DNA of 64,000 bases from Paramoeba atlantica (taxonomy: Eukaryota; Protista; Discosea): contig CDRNVI010000026.1 in the NCBI GenBank assembly GCA_977017575.1, positions 372,001-436,000 of the forward strand. The letters are read 5' to 3'. Of the stretch, positions 42,247-52,645 are shown piece by piece. Every line of letters starts with the position of its first letter. The first letter of the stretch is position 1. The notes beneath the pieces were generated by a model. The model saw only the letters and a program-made list of their open reading frames with translations. It was not told the origin of the DNA and did not search any database. The translations under genes were made by a program, and so were the position numbers.

Positions 42247-42840
42247 ATGGGACTTTTCGACTGGTTCTGGGACCTCCTCGCCTATCTCGGCTTTGGCGGC
42301 AAGGAGGGGAAGATTTTATTCCTTGGCCTAGACAACGCTGGCAAGACCACGTTGCTGGGGAAACTCACCACGGATGAGATCCACATCCACCGACCCACAC
42401 TTCACCCGAATGTCGAGGACCTCGCGCTTGGGGGAATTAAACTCAAGACATTTGATCTTGGAGGACACGCCGAGGCCCGACGTCTGTGGCGGGATTATTT
42501 CACGCAGTGTGACGCTGTGGTGTTTATGATTGACGCCGCGTGCCCGGAGCGCTTTCCGGAGGTCCGCGCGGAGCTGGAGCAGCTGCTGCAGGCCGAGGAG
42601 CTTCTAACGGCCCCGTTCCTACTTCTGGGGAATAAAATCGACATGGTACATCGTGCGGTGAGTGAGGAGAGTCTGAAACAGGCGCTGGGAGTTACGGGGT
42701 TCACGACCGGAAAAGCAGTAGGTGTGGTCTCGAAAAGGAGCGGGATACGTCCCGTTGAGGTTTTTATGTGTAGTGTGGTGAAACGGACCGGGTACGGGGA
42801 TGGGTTTCGCTGGCTGGCGCAGTATTTAAAAAACGTGTAG
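42247..42840 (+). CDS. SAR1: Small GTPase SAR1 (COPII)
   Basis: MGLFDWFWDLL.YLG, KILFLGLDNAGKTTLL, PTLHP, FDLGGH, GNKID, EVFMCSVVKR.GYGDGFRWL. Confidence 0.97.
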   Translation: MGLFDWFWDLLAYLGFGGKEGKILFLGLDNAGKTTLLGKLTTDEIHIHRPTLHPNVEDLALGGIKLKTFDLGGHAEARRLWRDYFTQCDAVVFMIDAACPERFPEVRAELEQLLQAEELLTAPFLLLGNKIDMVHRAVSEESLKQALGVTGFTTGKAVGVVSKRSGIRPVEVFMCSVVKRTGYGDGFRWLAQYLKNV

Positions 42841-43827
42841 TGCGGTGGGGAAGTGAGTAGGTCTGGAGATAGGGGGTAAATAGCGGGAAGAAAATCATTG
42901 GTCAGGCTTTCCGGAGTGTTTAAAGGAGGCACCCGGAGTCAAGGTATAAACATACGAACCGACTTGCGCTGAACAATGAGTTGTTAATGTTGCTATTTTA
43001 TGCTAATTGGGTTTTATACATGTGCTTAATTTTATTTGGGTCCTCTTTTTATATCCAAGGTTGTGAGAACGTCGCTTGTTCCTGGGTTTGTTTTTATAAT
43101 CTAGTGGCTTCGTTAGACGCGGTGATTGTTTTCAACGTAGAAGTCATTGCAGCTACGCGTTTCGTTGGGAAAATTACCTCCACCTGAACGGAGTGACTAA
43201 AACATGGGCAAGAGAAGCGGAACCACGGGTATTTGAGCCAAAAGTAGGATCAAAGTTAGTATTGTTAAGGAATCGAAGTATCGATTCATATTGCCCTTTT
43301 GGGCAGGTGAACATACATAACATACCCTTATGGGTCTCATGGGTCCGGACCCACCCGGTCCCAGGTCCGTGCGTATCCGGACTCGGGCACACCATAGAGA
43401 CGTTTCTCATACACCGTTTCTCATACAGAGTGTACATGTATCTCGCGTATCGAGAGTGGGTGAAGTAGTTGAAGGACTTCTGCAGTACTGGTATAATGTA
43501 ATACATTGTACCACTAAGGTTGTTCACTACTAAACTACTACACCACTAAGGTTGCTATACATTGTATAGCACATGTGCATGTTTTCACATTAACGGCGTT
43601 ACAGGTTAGCATACTGTGGGGGAGGGGCATGTTATGGTGCTACAGGCATGTTAACTTTTTGAACCTTCGTTTGAAAGTGATCGCACAAAAAATGGTATTG
43701 ACCTTAGTGTGAAATTAAACGCTACAAAACTTTGCTTTAAACTTTACAGCTTTCGAAACTCGCTTACTTCCTCAGGGCTTCCATTATTCCTGACTTGCAC
43801 TTTTGAAATCCACTTTTGTATAGTGCA

Positions 43828-43975
43828 AACATAGGCTCCTCCATAAAGATACAGTTTCTGTACCTTGTTGGTAAATTTTGCTAGCCCTTCCTTTCTTTTC
43901 CCGGAAACGGGCATACATTTTCCTTTTAAATGCCCGTTTCCGGCTGACGGCTAGCGGAAACTGTCCCTCTTTGTC
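43828..43975 (+). ncRNA. Spliced-leader RNA gene-like sequence (solitary; functional copy or relic)
   Basis: aagatACAGTTTCTGTACcttgTTG|GTaaattttg carries the kinetoplastid SL core and the TTG/GT donor at 43870/43871. It is followed by nested stems gctagcc/ggctagc and ccggaaacgggcat/atgcccgtttccgg. The 5' end (aacataggctcc...) differs from the usual AACTAACGCT. Confidence 0.55.
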
Positions 43976-44156
43976 GTGGAAGTAGGGGACGTACTTCCGA
44001 CTTTTCACCCCTCCCCGGCTCACTCCTTGAGTGAGTTTTCTTCCCTCCCCGGCTTTCTTCTTCTCGCGCCTGTCTCTTCCCGGGAGCTATGCGCCATGGT
44101 GGCCTCCCTTGAGGACCTCCGGGCGTGACTCTGCCTTGCATTATCGCGAGGCAGCG

Positions 44157-44299
44157 GTCGGTTGCAGTGCGCCCCTCCGGCTGCGTAAAGAGATGGTGAG
44201 TTGCCTGGACCACCTCTACCGACTGGGACCGAGTCGGTTGCAGTACGCCCCTCCGGCTGCGTAAAGAGAGGGCGAGTTGCCTGGACCCCCTCTACCGAC
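44157..44299 (-). repeat. Two 67-bp structured direct repeats (period 76 bp)
   Basis: 44157-44223 and 44233-44299. Each is closed by gtcggt/accgac and has an inner hairpin with a compensatory T-A/G-C change. Confidence 0.85.
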
Positions 44300-44786
44300 A
44301 GAGTCCGTGTCGAACCCCCTTTGGCGACATCCGTTGTGGGCGGATTATGTGCCGATGATATCGGCCGTCGCAGTAAGGGGATTATCTCTGCGCCAAAGAG
44401 CGCATGATAAACAAATGATAAACAAGCGGGTCTGTTGGTACAGTTAGGCTTGGTAAATTAATGACGCTGTTGCTCCACGCAGCTACAACTCCATGCGAAC
44501 CATCGACTCCAATCTTGTGGATTAAGTGCTGCACGAACGCTGCAATTAAGGACAACGAAAGTAATGCACTTCTTAGTAGGAGTAGAAAAATTCATTAGAT
44601 AATAGTCCATTAGGTAACAAAAGCGAAGTTTTATCGAAAAAGGAAGAACTACACTATACAGAATTTCGGGGGGAAAAATTTCCTTTTCACCTTATTTCTT
44701 TACTATCTAGTAGCATGTGGATGAGAAATTAATTCTTTGTAGGATTTTCTTCGTCTTAAAATTTAGTTGATGTTCGGGTACTCCAC

Positions 44787-45548
44787 ATGGCAGAGACTTT
44801 GCTGCGACAAAATCGCTTAGGAAAAGCGCGAGCCAAACTGCCAGACGAATACCATTTAGCTCAATTCCTACAGAAAATTGACAACAAACATCCCTCCTGG
44901 ACGACGAATACTCCCGTATGCAAATGGCATAATATAGAGTGTGATGCCAACGGTGAAATTTTTCGAATTAATTGGACAATGCTCTCTCTCGACGGAACAC
45001 CGCATTGGACCCATCTATCAAATATAAAGTGCATTTTCATATTCCTTAACAGTAACAAACTACTGGAAGATATCGTGTTGAAATGGTTACCCCCGAACAT
45101 TCGACTTTTCAATGGTAGAGGCAACAAGTTTGGTGGCGGTTTAAATTTGAACGAACTGCCGAAACAGATAGAAAGCCTGCAATTAGATAGCTGCCACCTA
45201 CGCGGGACCATTTCTCTACACGATCTGCCCCATGGATTTCAGTCGCTGCAGTTAGGGCAAAATCAGCTCTCGGGTTGTCTTGACTTTCGAGCGTTACCTG
45301 TCTCAATCAACTTGTTGGGTTTCTCATACAACAACTTTTCAGGACCTGTAGATTTACATATTCTTCCATATTACATCCTTTTATGGTTAGACAACAATCC
45401 GAATCTCTGCGGAGAGTTTGATCCAATACGCTTCGAACGCAGCATTAACACTTATGGCACACAAATCAAGAAACTCCCGCCTCGCGGTTCTTATAGTTGC
45501 TTTTTGTCTCTGCGATATGTTTTTGACTCCGATATCTGGAGGTTTTAG
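44787..45548 (+). CDS. Leucine-rich repeat protein
   Basis: RLGKARAKLPDEYHLAQFL...HPSWTTNTPVCKWHNIEC; LDLHILP-type repeats. Confidence 0.8.
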   Translation: MAETLLRQNRLGKARAKLPDEYHLAQFLQKIDNKHPSWTTNTPVCKWHNIECDANGEIFRINWTMLSLDGTPHWTHLSNIKCIFIFLNSNKLLEDIVLKWLPPNIRLFNGRGNKFGGGLNLNELPKQIESLQLDSCHLRGTISLHDLPHGFQSLQLGQNQLSGCLDFRALPVSINLLGFSYNNFSGPVDLHILPYYILLWLDNNPNLCGEFDPIRFERSINTYGTQIKKLPPRGSYSCFLSLRYVFDSDIWRF

Positions 45549-45781
45549 GAAAACGAATTGTATCTCCTTTTTTTACCTATGCTACTCTATTAATCTGATT
45601 TCCCAAAATCTTTATAAGCCAAAATTCGAGTTATTGTCCCTAGAAGGGACAATGAGAAAGAAAATCCTAACCAGTAAACGATAAAAAATATACTCAAAGA
45701 TAATTATGGAGATAGGGCTTTTTCAACTGAGTTCTTAAAGGACAACCTATCATAACAGTCCCACCCTTTAACTTTAGATAA

Positions 45782-46135
45782 GGCGGAGGTGGCGGAGTGG
45801 CAAGAATTCAAAGTTTGAAGCACATGGTGCTCAGACGGCGAGTTCAAACCCGCTCATCGCAATATTCCTGGCGGCCTCACTCTAAAAGGCTGGGCTGATA
45901 ACCGACTAGGCCCAGTACTCGGAGGACCGTCCCGGACCCTCCCCTCAGGGAACCAGCTCCCTTACCCGGCTTAAACCTCTTGGGTAAGCCGTGTTGACGT
46001 ACAATTCGTCGACGCAGCGTGTTGGCAACAGCACGTTGGTGCCGCCTTGGGCAAGCGGAAACTGGTAGAGGACGTCGGCCTCGGAACTTCCAAATCTGTC
46101 TGTGAAGGGTCTGGCTTGCCAGTGACCATCCGGAG
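45782..46135 (+). repeat. Dispersed SINE-like repeat, copy B, with degenerate tRNA-like head
   Basis: Head 45783-45861: gcggaggTGGCGGAGTGG (A-box-like) ... gaGTTCAAACC (B-box-like) ... tcatcgca. The body is homologous to 5588-5860. Confidence 0.7.
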
Positions 46136-46890
46136 CAATCTGGAATGATTTGGATTTTTTAACTTTAGTTCAGGTGGAGTTCAGGAGTATACATGCCTTA
46201 TATGAGGGTAGGCGAAAATGTCGGGGTGTGTGAATCGAAAATACTAAGAATAATAAAGCGTCGTAGAAGCCTAATAGAGGTTGAAATGGATTTTTTTAGG
46301 GTGGAAAATTTTCAGACCCCCCTTATACTTTAGTTTTCCCCAAAACAAGTGAAGTACAAAGGGTCACAGTAATACCACTCTGCCCTCGATTATCGAAAAG
46401 CATAGGTGAGCAAAAACAGTTCAGCAATAAAGAGGAACACAACAATACAGTTCGCGTTATATTGATACATCCCCCCCCCCGGAAATTGGCGTTTCTTGTC
46501 CATTTTTGCTTATTTTTATTGTAAACGAGAGATCTCGTTCGCATAAGACGTTAGCCGTAGCTCCCCCCTGGAACGTAGTTAAGAGTGTCTGACTTACGTG
46601 TGTCTCACACAAGACAAAACATGGTAAAAAAATTAATTCGTCTCTTTCTGGGAGATGTTTGCGAGAAAATTTATGTATGAGGGTGAGATTTTTATTCCTT
46701 TGCGCTCCATGTAGTTATACCACCGCAATTATAAATTTAAATACACTATATCACCTATTAGATTCTCTTCTGGCATGGTACACTTATCTGATGCACACCA
46801 TATGAATACGTGTCTTATGGAAAAGCCTACATTCCTTCACTGCAAAACCGTGACACGATTACATCTTCGCTGCACGTTTTAGGTCAAACT

Positions 46891-48567
46891 ATGAAATTCA
46901 AAACTATGTGCAGTGCACCTGGTAAACGGTGGTACCTTTCTTTATCGTTTCCCCAGCATCATGAAAGATTCATTTCCGTTCACTTACCTCTTACCGACGA
47001 GCGATTCAACCATTCTTTAGTTCAGTCCAATTCTTTACACAGACTTCACGTTGTTGAGCACCTCTCCCCAAGCTACACAGCACTGATTTCTCCATCCGGA
47101 TTTTCGAGATCATTCCCTCGGTTGGATAGCAAAGAGTCTTCCATAGCCTCACGCGACACGCTGAAACCTCCCCTTCTCATATACCCTGTTCCTCGTTCAA
47201 AGCGAAATAGTATCTCAAGTAGCATTCCTTCATTATCATCGAGCGTTTTTCCTCGTTGCACCACCTCGTTATCCATCCCTTTTTTCTTCCCTTTCCGGAC
47301 CTACACCGCCAAACATGACACATCGCGTGTCCCCACTTCTCCACCTCACCCTCCTACACCACTAAATCCTAAAGCCCCGCACAAACAAACCCGTCTTCAA
47401 AAATCAGAAAAAATGACTCCCAGTGCAAAGGAGGACAAAAGGGCTTCTCCTAAAAATCCAAATTCGGAAAAGGCACCAAACCTGAAAAGTTCCAAAAAGG
47501 CGGAAAATGTACAACATGTGAAAACTACGCCTCACGCGAAATCTCCACCCCCTTCGGACCTCCCTGAAACCCCACCCCCCTCCCCCCCTTCCGAGCCCCC
47601 CTGCGCCAACCCGCCCCCCTCCCCTCCCCCCCTCGCCTCCACCGCCTCCGCGCTCGAGACCGACCTCGTGCTGGCCCACTCCGCGGCCTGCCTCCGTGCG
47701 GAGGGCCGGGAGCACCAGATCGAGCCCCTGGTCTGGGCCGAGGACACCCACTACCCCCCCATCCTCAGCCGCCCCGGGCAGCGCAGCGTCTACTACCACA
47801 TGGACGACCTCCCCCCCCACGTCTCCCCGCTCTACCCCTACCTCCACTCCCAGCGCCGTGAGTTCTTCCAAACCGAACGCAACAAAAGGCCCTGGAGCCA
47901 AACCCTCTTTCGTTTCGGTTTCTTTTTTCTAAGTTTTATTTTGTTTGTTTATGCGCTGGTCGCGGCGGAGGTTTGGATTCACCAGCCCCGGGATGTGCTG
48001 CTGATGCGGGAGGAGATGCTACAGAACGCGTATGGGAGAGTGCTGGAGCTGGGCGCGGGGCAGGGCTCCAATGTGGGGCTGTACCCGTACCCCGCCCATG
48101 AGGTGTGGATGATGGATCAGGATGTGGTGTTGCTGCGACGGTTGGAGGCTCGACTGCCGCGGACCTCGTTCCCGGGGTATCATATTTTGCAGCAAAAGGT
48201 GGAGGATTTGGAACGGATTCCGAGTGGGTCGTTTGATACGGTGGTGGATTCGTATGGGTTGTGTCACTATCGGGATCCGGTGAGTGTGTTGCGGGAGGTG
48301 CAGCGGATTGTGAAGCCCACGGGGGTGATACTGTTGCTGGAACATGGACGAACGGAGTACCCCTGGGTGAATGCGTTCTTGGATTTTTATGCGGATCGGC
48401 ACGCGGAGAAAACGGCGGGGTGTCGATGGAATCGACCGGTGGAGGAGTTCGTGAAGGAGTCCGGGATGGTGATAAAGGATCTGAGGAGGAAACACTTTGG
48501 GGTGAGCTTGTATTGCGTGGGGTATCCAACGGAAGGGGCGGGGGCAAGTAAGGAGGCAGGGGGGTAG
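46891..48567 (+). CDS. SAM-dependent methyltransferase with one TM segment (OMS1-like architecture)
   Basis: GRVLELGAGQGSN, FDTVVDSYGLCH, VKPTGVILLLEHG; TM FGFFFLSFILFVYALVAA. The ATG follows ttttAG at 46881-46882. Confidence 0.85.
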   Translation: MKFKTMCSAPGKRWYLSLSFPQHHERFISVHLPLTDERFNHSLVQSNSLHRLHVVEHLSPSYTALISPSGFSRSFPRLDSKESSIASRDTLKPPLLIYPVPRSKRNSISSSIPSLSSSVFPRCTTSLSIPFFFPFRTYTAKHDTSRVPTSPPHPPTPLNPKAPHKQTRLQKSEKMTPSAKEDKRASPKNPNSEKAPNLKSSKKAENVQHVKTTPHAKSPPPSDLPETPPPSPPSEPPCANPPPSPPPLASTASALETDLVLAHSAACLRAEGREHQIEPLVWAEDTHYPPILSRPGQRSVYYHMDDLPPHVSPLYPYLHSQRREFFQTERNKRPWSQTLFRFGFFFLSFILFVYALVAAEVWIHQPRDVLLMREEMLQNAYGRVLELGAGQGSNVGLYPYPAHEVWMMDQDVVLLRRLEARLPRTSFPGYHILQQKVEDLERIPSGSFDTVVDSYGLCHYRDPVSVLREVQRIVKPTGVILLLEHGRTEYPWVNAFLDFYADRHAEKTAGCRWNRPVEEFVKESGMVIKDLRRKHFGVSLYCVGYPTEGAGASKEAGG

Positions 48568-48926
48568 AAGGAGGATCTCTCTACAAATAGATATCCCATC
48601 GAAGGATAATACGGCTCCTGGTGGGTGTTTAAATCTGTTTTTCCGTTCGGCAGACTTAAATATTGTTTGAACAAAAGAAGTCCTTTGAAAGTGTTTTCGT
48701 ATAAGACAGAGGTTAGTTACATGTAGTGTAGTCATGCTATAATTAGCTTTTGGTTTGCTGTACGTATAGTATTGTTCAGAATACCGTTCCCCTAAGCATT
48801 CATTTATCGTTACTCTAAGAAGCACTTCATAGCCTCCTTTTTACGTCAAGGTCACGACTCGAAGTGTAAATTGTGCCTATAATATAAACAACTTTTTTGT
48901 ATTATTCAAACAACGTACTGGTTGCT

Positions 48927-49961
48927 ATGGAATCCCGTCTTGGTCGTCCACGAAAAAATCTGATTCTCCCTCCCGATGAAGCAATCCACCAATTTCTACG
49001 AAACACGACAGCACATCATCCAACATGGAGTAATGTATACCCCGTAAAGCATTGGACTGGATTTAAATTTCGCGCGAACGAATTGGACAACATTACATTG
49101 GATAGATCCCAGTGGCCGAGTTGGTCACCCAACCTATTGACGGGGACGTTAAGCTGGTCATTTCTTCCCCGTTCGTTGCTCTCAATTTCGATCATTCGTT
49201 TGCCGGTAGAAGGATTTTTGCCCACTGCTGATCTCCCCCAATCTCTTCAACGTTTGAGTCTCGTAAGAACAAGGCTTGGTGGGGATTTTGATTTCACAAC
49301 ATTGCCTCCAGGGCTCGTCCGGTTACGCGTGGTAAATTCTAATTTTGGAAGTTCATGTGATTTCTCTTTTTTGCCTCCTACACTCGAGTGTTTGAATTTT
49401 CAGCATAGTCGTTTAGAGGGAAAAATCGATTTGACTTGTCTCCCCGATGGTCTTCGTATCATTCGCTTGAATCATAACTTACTAAAAGGTTCCCTTCAAC
49501 TGGGAGAATTGCCACCTAAGCTGCGATGCCTCGATGTGGAGGCCAATAATTTTACTGATGTACAAGGAATGTGTTGCCTACCCTACACTTTGCTAACATT
49601 GAACCTTTCTCACAATCGTCTACAAGGACCCCTGGCGTTTAGGAATCTCCCCGCTACCTTGCATGTTCTCAATTTTTCTCATAATCACTTTACCGGAAAT
49701 CCAATTCTTACGTATCGTCATATTCCAAAGGACTTGGAAGTTCTTGACCTTTCGGAGAATCCGTTACTTGCCGGATTTTTAAATACTCGTCTCATCGTGC
49801 CTCGCACGATAATACGCACCACGGGGACTCAAGTGCACACCGTACCCTTGCCTCGTACTTCTGTAGATATTCGAAAGGAAGAAAACAAGCAAACGGGAAT
49901 TGTTCTTGCTGGCGCACTCGCTGTAATGGCAGTGGTTATTTGGGGTGTTTATGCTCTATAA
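48927..49961 (+). CDS. Leucine-rich repeat protein with C-terminal TM anchor
   Basis: RLGRPRKNLILPPDEAIHQFL; about 8 LPxxLxxLxLxxNxxxG repeats; IVLAGALAVMAVVIWGVYAL. Confidence 0.85.
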   Translation: MESRLGRPRKNLILPPDEAIHQFLRNTTAHHPTWSNVYPVKHWTGFKFRANELDNITLDRSQWPSWSPNLLTGTLSWSFLPRSLLSISIIRLPVEGFLPTADLPQSLQRLSLVRTRLGGDFDFTTLPPGLVRLRVVNSNFGSSCDFSFLPPTLECLNFQHSRLEGKIDLTCLPDGLRIIRLNHNLLKGSLQLGELPPKLRCLDVEANNFTDVQGMCCLPYTLLTLNLSHNRLQGPLAFRNLPATLHVLNFSHNHFTGNPILTYRHIPKDLEVLDLSENPLLAGFLNTRLIVPRTIIRTTGTQVHTVPLPRTSVDIRKEENKQTGIVLAGALAVMAVVIWGVYAL

Positions 49962-50473
49962 ATTTTATAGAGGTTTTCGTTTTATAGTATAAAAAGAAGA
50001 GCAGTCTCAATAAGAACATTAATATTTTTTTATGAACCGTTCAAAGCTTCCCTTAATGTTTCTAATAAATAGGAAAAAGGGAATTACAGTATGGTGATAA
50101 AAAATGTGTGTATTTAATGCGTTCACATTCAGCGTGATGGTACGATGTTTTCATGACTGTAACCTCTTTCAAGAAAAGAAAAACTGAAATCAGAAAGACA
50201 CAACCAATTTTTTTAAACTCCGTTCCCCGATCAACGACTCAAATAACATTAAAACTCAAATATGATATTATAAAAACTGCTAAAGCATATGCGGCGCGCA
50301 TACAAGTTGAGATTTCTTTTAAGGTTATGATTCTCTTCAATAAATTTTGTAACGGCTAACATAACAAGGTTATGATTTCACAAAGGTATCAGTCTCCTAT
50401 CGGACTTTATTTTAATCCTCTGGCCCAATTTCGCAGCGCAATTCTTTTTCCCTCCAGCTAAGATTACCACCCT

Positions 50474-51050
50474 CTAGATTTCCACGAATGAACTTCTGTG
50501 TCGCGATCGTATCTCAGTGAAGGAAAGATTTTGACAAGAATCCGGGTTTCGTAGACGTCTTCGTCGTGCGCAACTCGCGTAGCTTTTCATCAGCCCCGAT
50601 AGAAGACAATCTTCTCCGGGGAGATCTTGACAAGTTTCTCTGCTACTTCCGTCCACCTGGTCACTGCCTTCCAGCACAATAGAATTGTCATTGCCTCGCA
50701 GTACCCTACGTTCGTAGTTACCCTGCGGCATAGCTCTCTCAGAAGATAAGGCATCAGGGGTCTCATTTGGCGTTGGGGCTCCAATCCGCCCTGCGCTTGC
50801 AACGCGCTTGCGTACAGCCTTAGCGGGGTTTTTTCGGCATTTACGTGAGCGTAAATGGTTTGGAGATTTCGTGTGAAGGTCAGCCGAGTTCGAGCCCTGG
50901 GGGTAAGAGTTGTTATCTTAGATAACTGATTCCCATAACAATGTTTTGGATGGCAGCGCACGGCATTGGATGGCAGTGGACAACTGCATAGTGTACCAAG
51001 ACAGCTGTGTTTTTCGCATGGAAAGCCGATACATACATTTTTGTCATTCA
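50474..51050 (-). pseudogene. Tyrosine recombinase remnant of TATE/VIPER/DIRS type
   Basis: ARTRLTFTRNLQTIY...PLRLYASALQAQGGLEPQRQMRPL...ILLCWKAVTRWTEV resembles the TATE-type YR pattern TRLTYA.L...L.A..P..QA.P...LAWKTASRW.DV (catalytic Arg box) as I recall it. It stops at a double TGA; HxxR and Tyr boxes were not found. Confidence 0.62.
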
Positions 51051-51384
51051 CCCAGGCACATACGTGTAATAAATTTATAAGGTTCATAAGCAAATTAATT
51101 GTGCTTACACATCGAAGAAAAAAATGTTTAGTTGGGGTTAATGATGTTTAATTGACCCGGAATTACGTTCAGTGCATGTGAAGGCTTGTGTCGTAACTAA
51201 ATGTAGCTTTAATTTCTCCGAGATAAAAATGTATGCATACTTTGTAGTAAGTTACTGCAACTTCAATGCAGGGTGTGAAGAAGAATGCAGGGTATGATGA
51301 GACTAACTAGAACAGCTAGATGTTGTGCAGCAAGACTGCATGAACAACAAGCAAGTTTAAAATATATATTGTATAGACGAAAGA

Positions 51385-52110
51385 ATGTATCATATTCGAA
51401 ATATGTACGGATTAGAAAATCTGGTAAGCGCAATTCTTGGTTGCTGCTTCTTATTTTTGGTTAGCGTCGCATATTTGGTAAGGTCGGCCGATCCTCACTT
51501 TCGTCAGAACTCCACACAGTATGTGTCGCTACCACACACAGATATTGACTTCGCCTTTTTTCCTTCTCTCTTGGTTGCATTCTTCACAGGTTGGTTTTTA
51601 GGTAATCGATGGAAAACGGATTATGATCACGAAGAAAAGGTTCATCAGGAAAATAAAACAAGCGAAATAAAACAACCAACGAGTACCAGAACATGTAATA
51701 AGGAAGCAAAGAGTATAGCATCTCAAGCATCTTCGACAAAGATGGTGCTTCTTGTTCGCACAGATTTAGGTATGACTACAGGAAAAATAGCAGCTCAATG
51801 TTGTCACGCGGCGGTAGGACTTGTCGAAGCCATAGTTACGGAACAAAACACAGCCAGATTGAAAAAGGTACACTTTCAATGGTATAAATCGTGGCAACGC
51901 ACTGCTTGCGCCAAAATTACTTTGCATGTACCGCACGAGCATGATCTTCATAGTTTTGCCGAGCAGGCAGAAGAGAAGGGATTGCCTTACTATTTGGTTC
52001 AGGACGCTGGACGAACTCAAATTCCTACGGGTTCTTACACAGTACTAGGTATAGGCCCCGCACCTTCCGAAGCCATTAATGAGATATCAGGTGAACTCAA
52101 ACTATTGTGA
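51385..52110 (+). CDS. PTH2: Peptidyl-tRNA hydrolase 2
   Basis: KMVLLVRTDLGMTTGKIAAQCCHAAV, VQDAGRTQIPTGSYTVLGIGPAP. Confidence 0.95.
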   Translation: MYHIRNMYGLENLVSAILGCCFLFLVSVAYLVRSADPHFRQNSTQYVSLPHTDIDFAFFPSLLVAFFTGWFLGNRWKTDYDHEEKVHQENKTSEIKQPTSTRTCNKEAKSIASQASSTKMVLLVRTDLGMTTGKIAAQCCHAAVGLVEAIVTEQNTARLKKVHFQWYKSWQRTACAKITLHVPHEHDLHSFAEQAEEKGLPYYLVQDAGRTQIPTGSYTVLGIGPAPSEAINEISGELKLL

Positions 52111-52645
52111 TCCAATGCTTTGTAATGGCGACGCTAATTGTCTGTTTTGCGTTCGTTATGATATGTGCTATTCCAAATTTTGCGAACGGCCTTCAACTCT
52201 AAATAGTACTCGTCTCCACAACTGTGATTTACTGTTATGAAATGTTTTTACAGTCCCGTTCCGAATCCTTGGAACAAACTTTTAGAGAACACGAAAAGAG
52301 CTTTTTAGATGCGGTTTTTTCTCAGTTACTCATATTCTTGTGAGGTTTAGTGCAAAATTATGCCATCCTTTTGTCATTTATGCATTGCCACTTGATCTCT
52401 TAATTATGCATAATTTAGCTTCCCTTCTCTGTTCGACCACATATATTTTTTGATGCAACGTTTGATACTGCAGACATTACCACGGGCTCTGAGATGACGA
52501 TATATCATGCTCATCCGGGTACAGCACCGACGACAGCGACTCTAGCGAAGACGAAACGCCTCTTTTCACGGGGTGGACTCACGAAACCTCTCATACTCCT
52601 TTACCTCTTATTTCCTCACCCGTTTCCGCTACTTCTCATGTCGAG

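Noticed and set aside
43335-43390. ccggtcccaggtccg, similar to the twister P4 core
   Set aside because: No UAA/P2/GAG-GG framework; it looks like a GC-rich palindromic patch.
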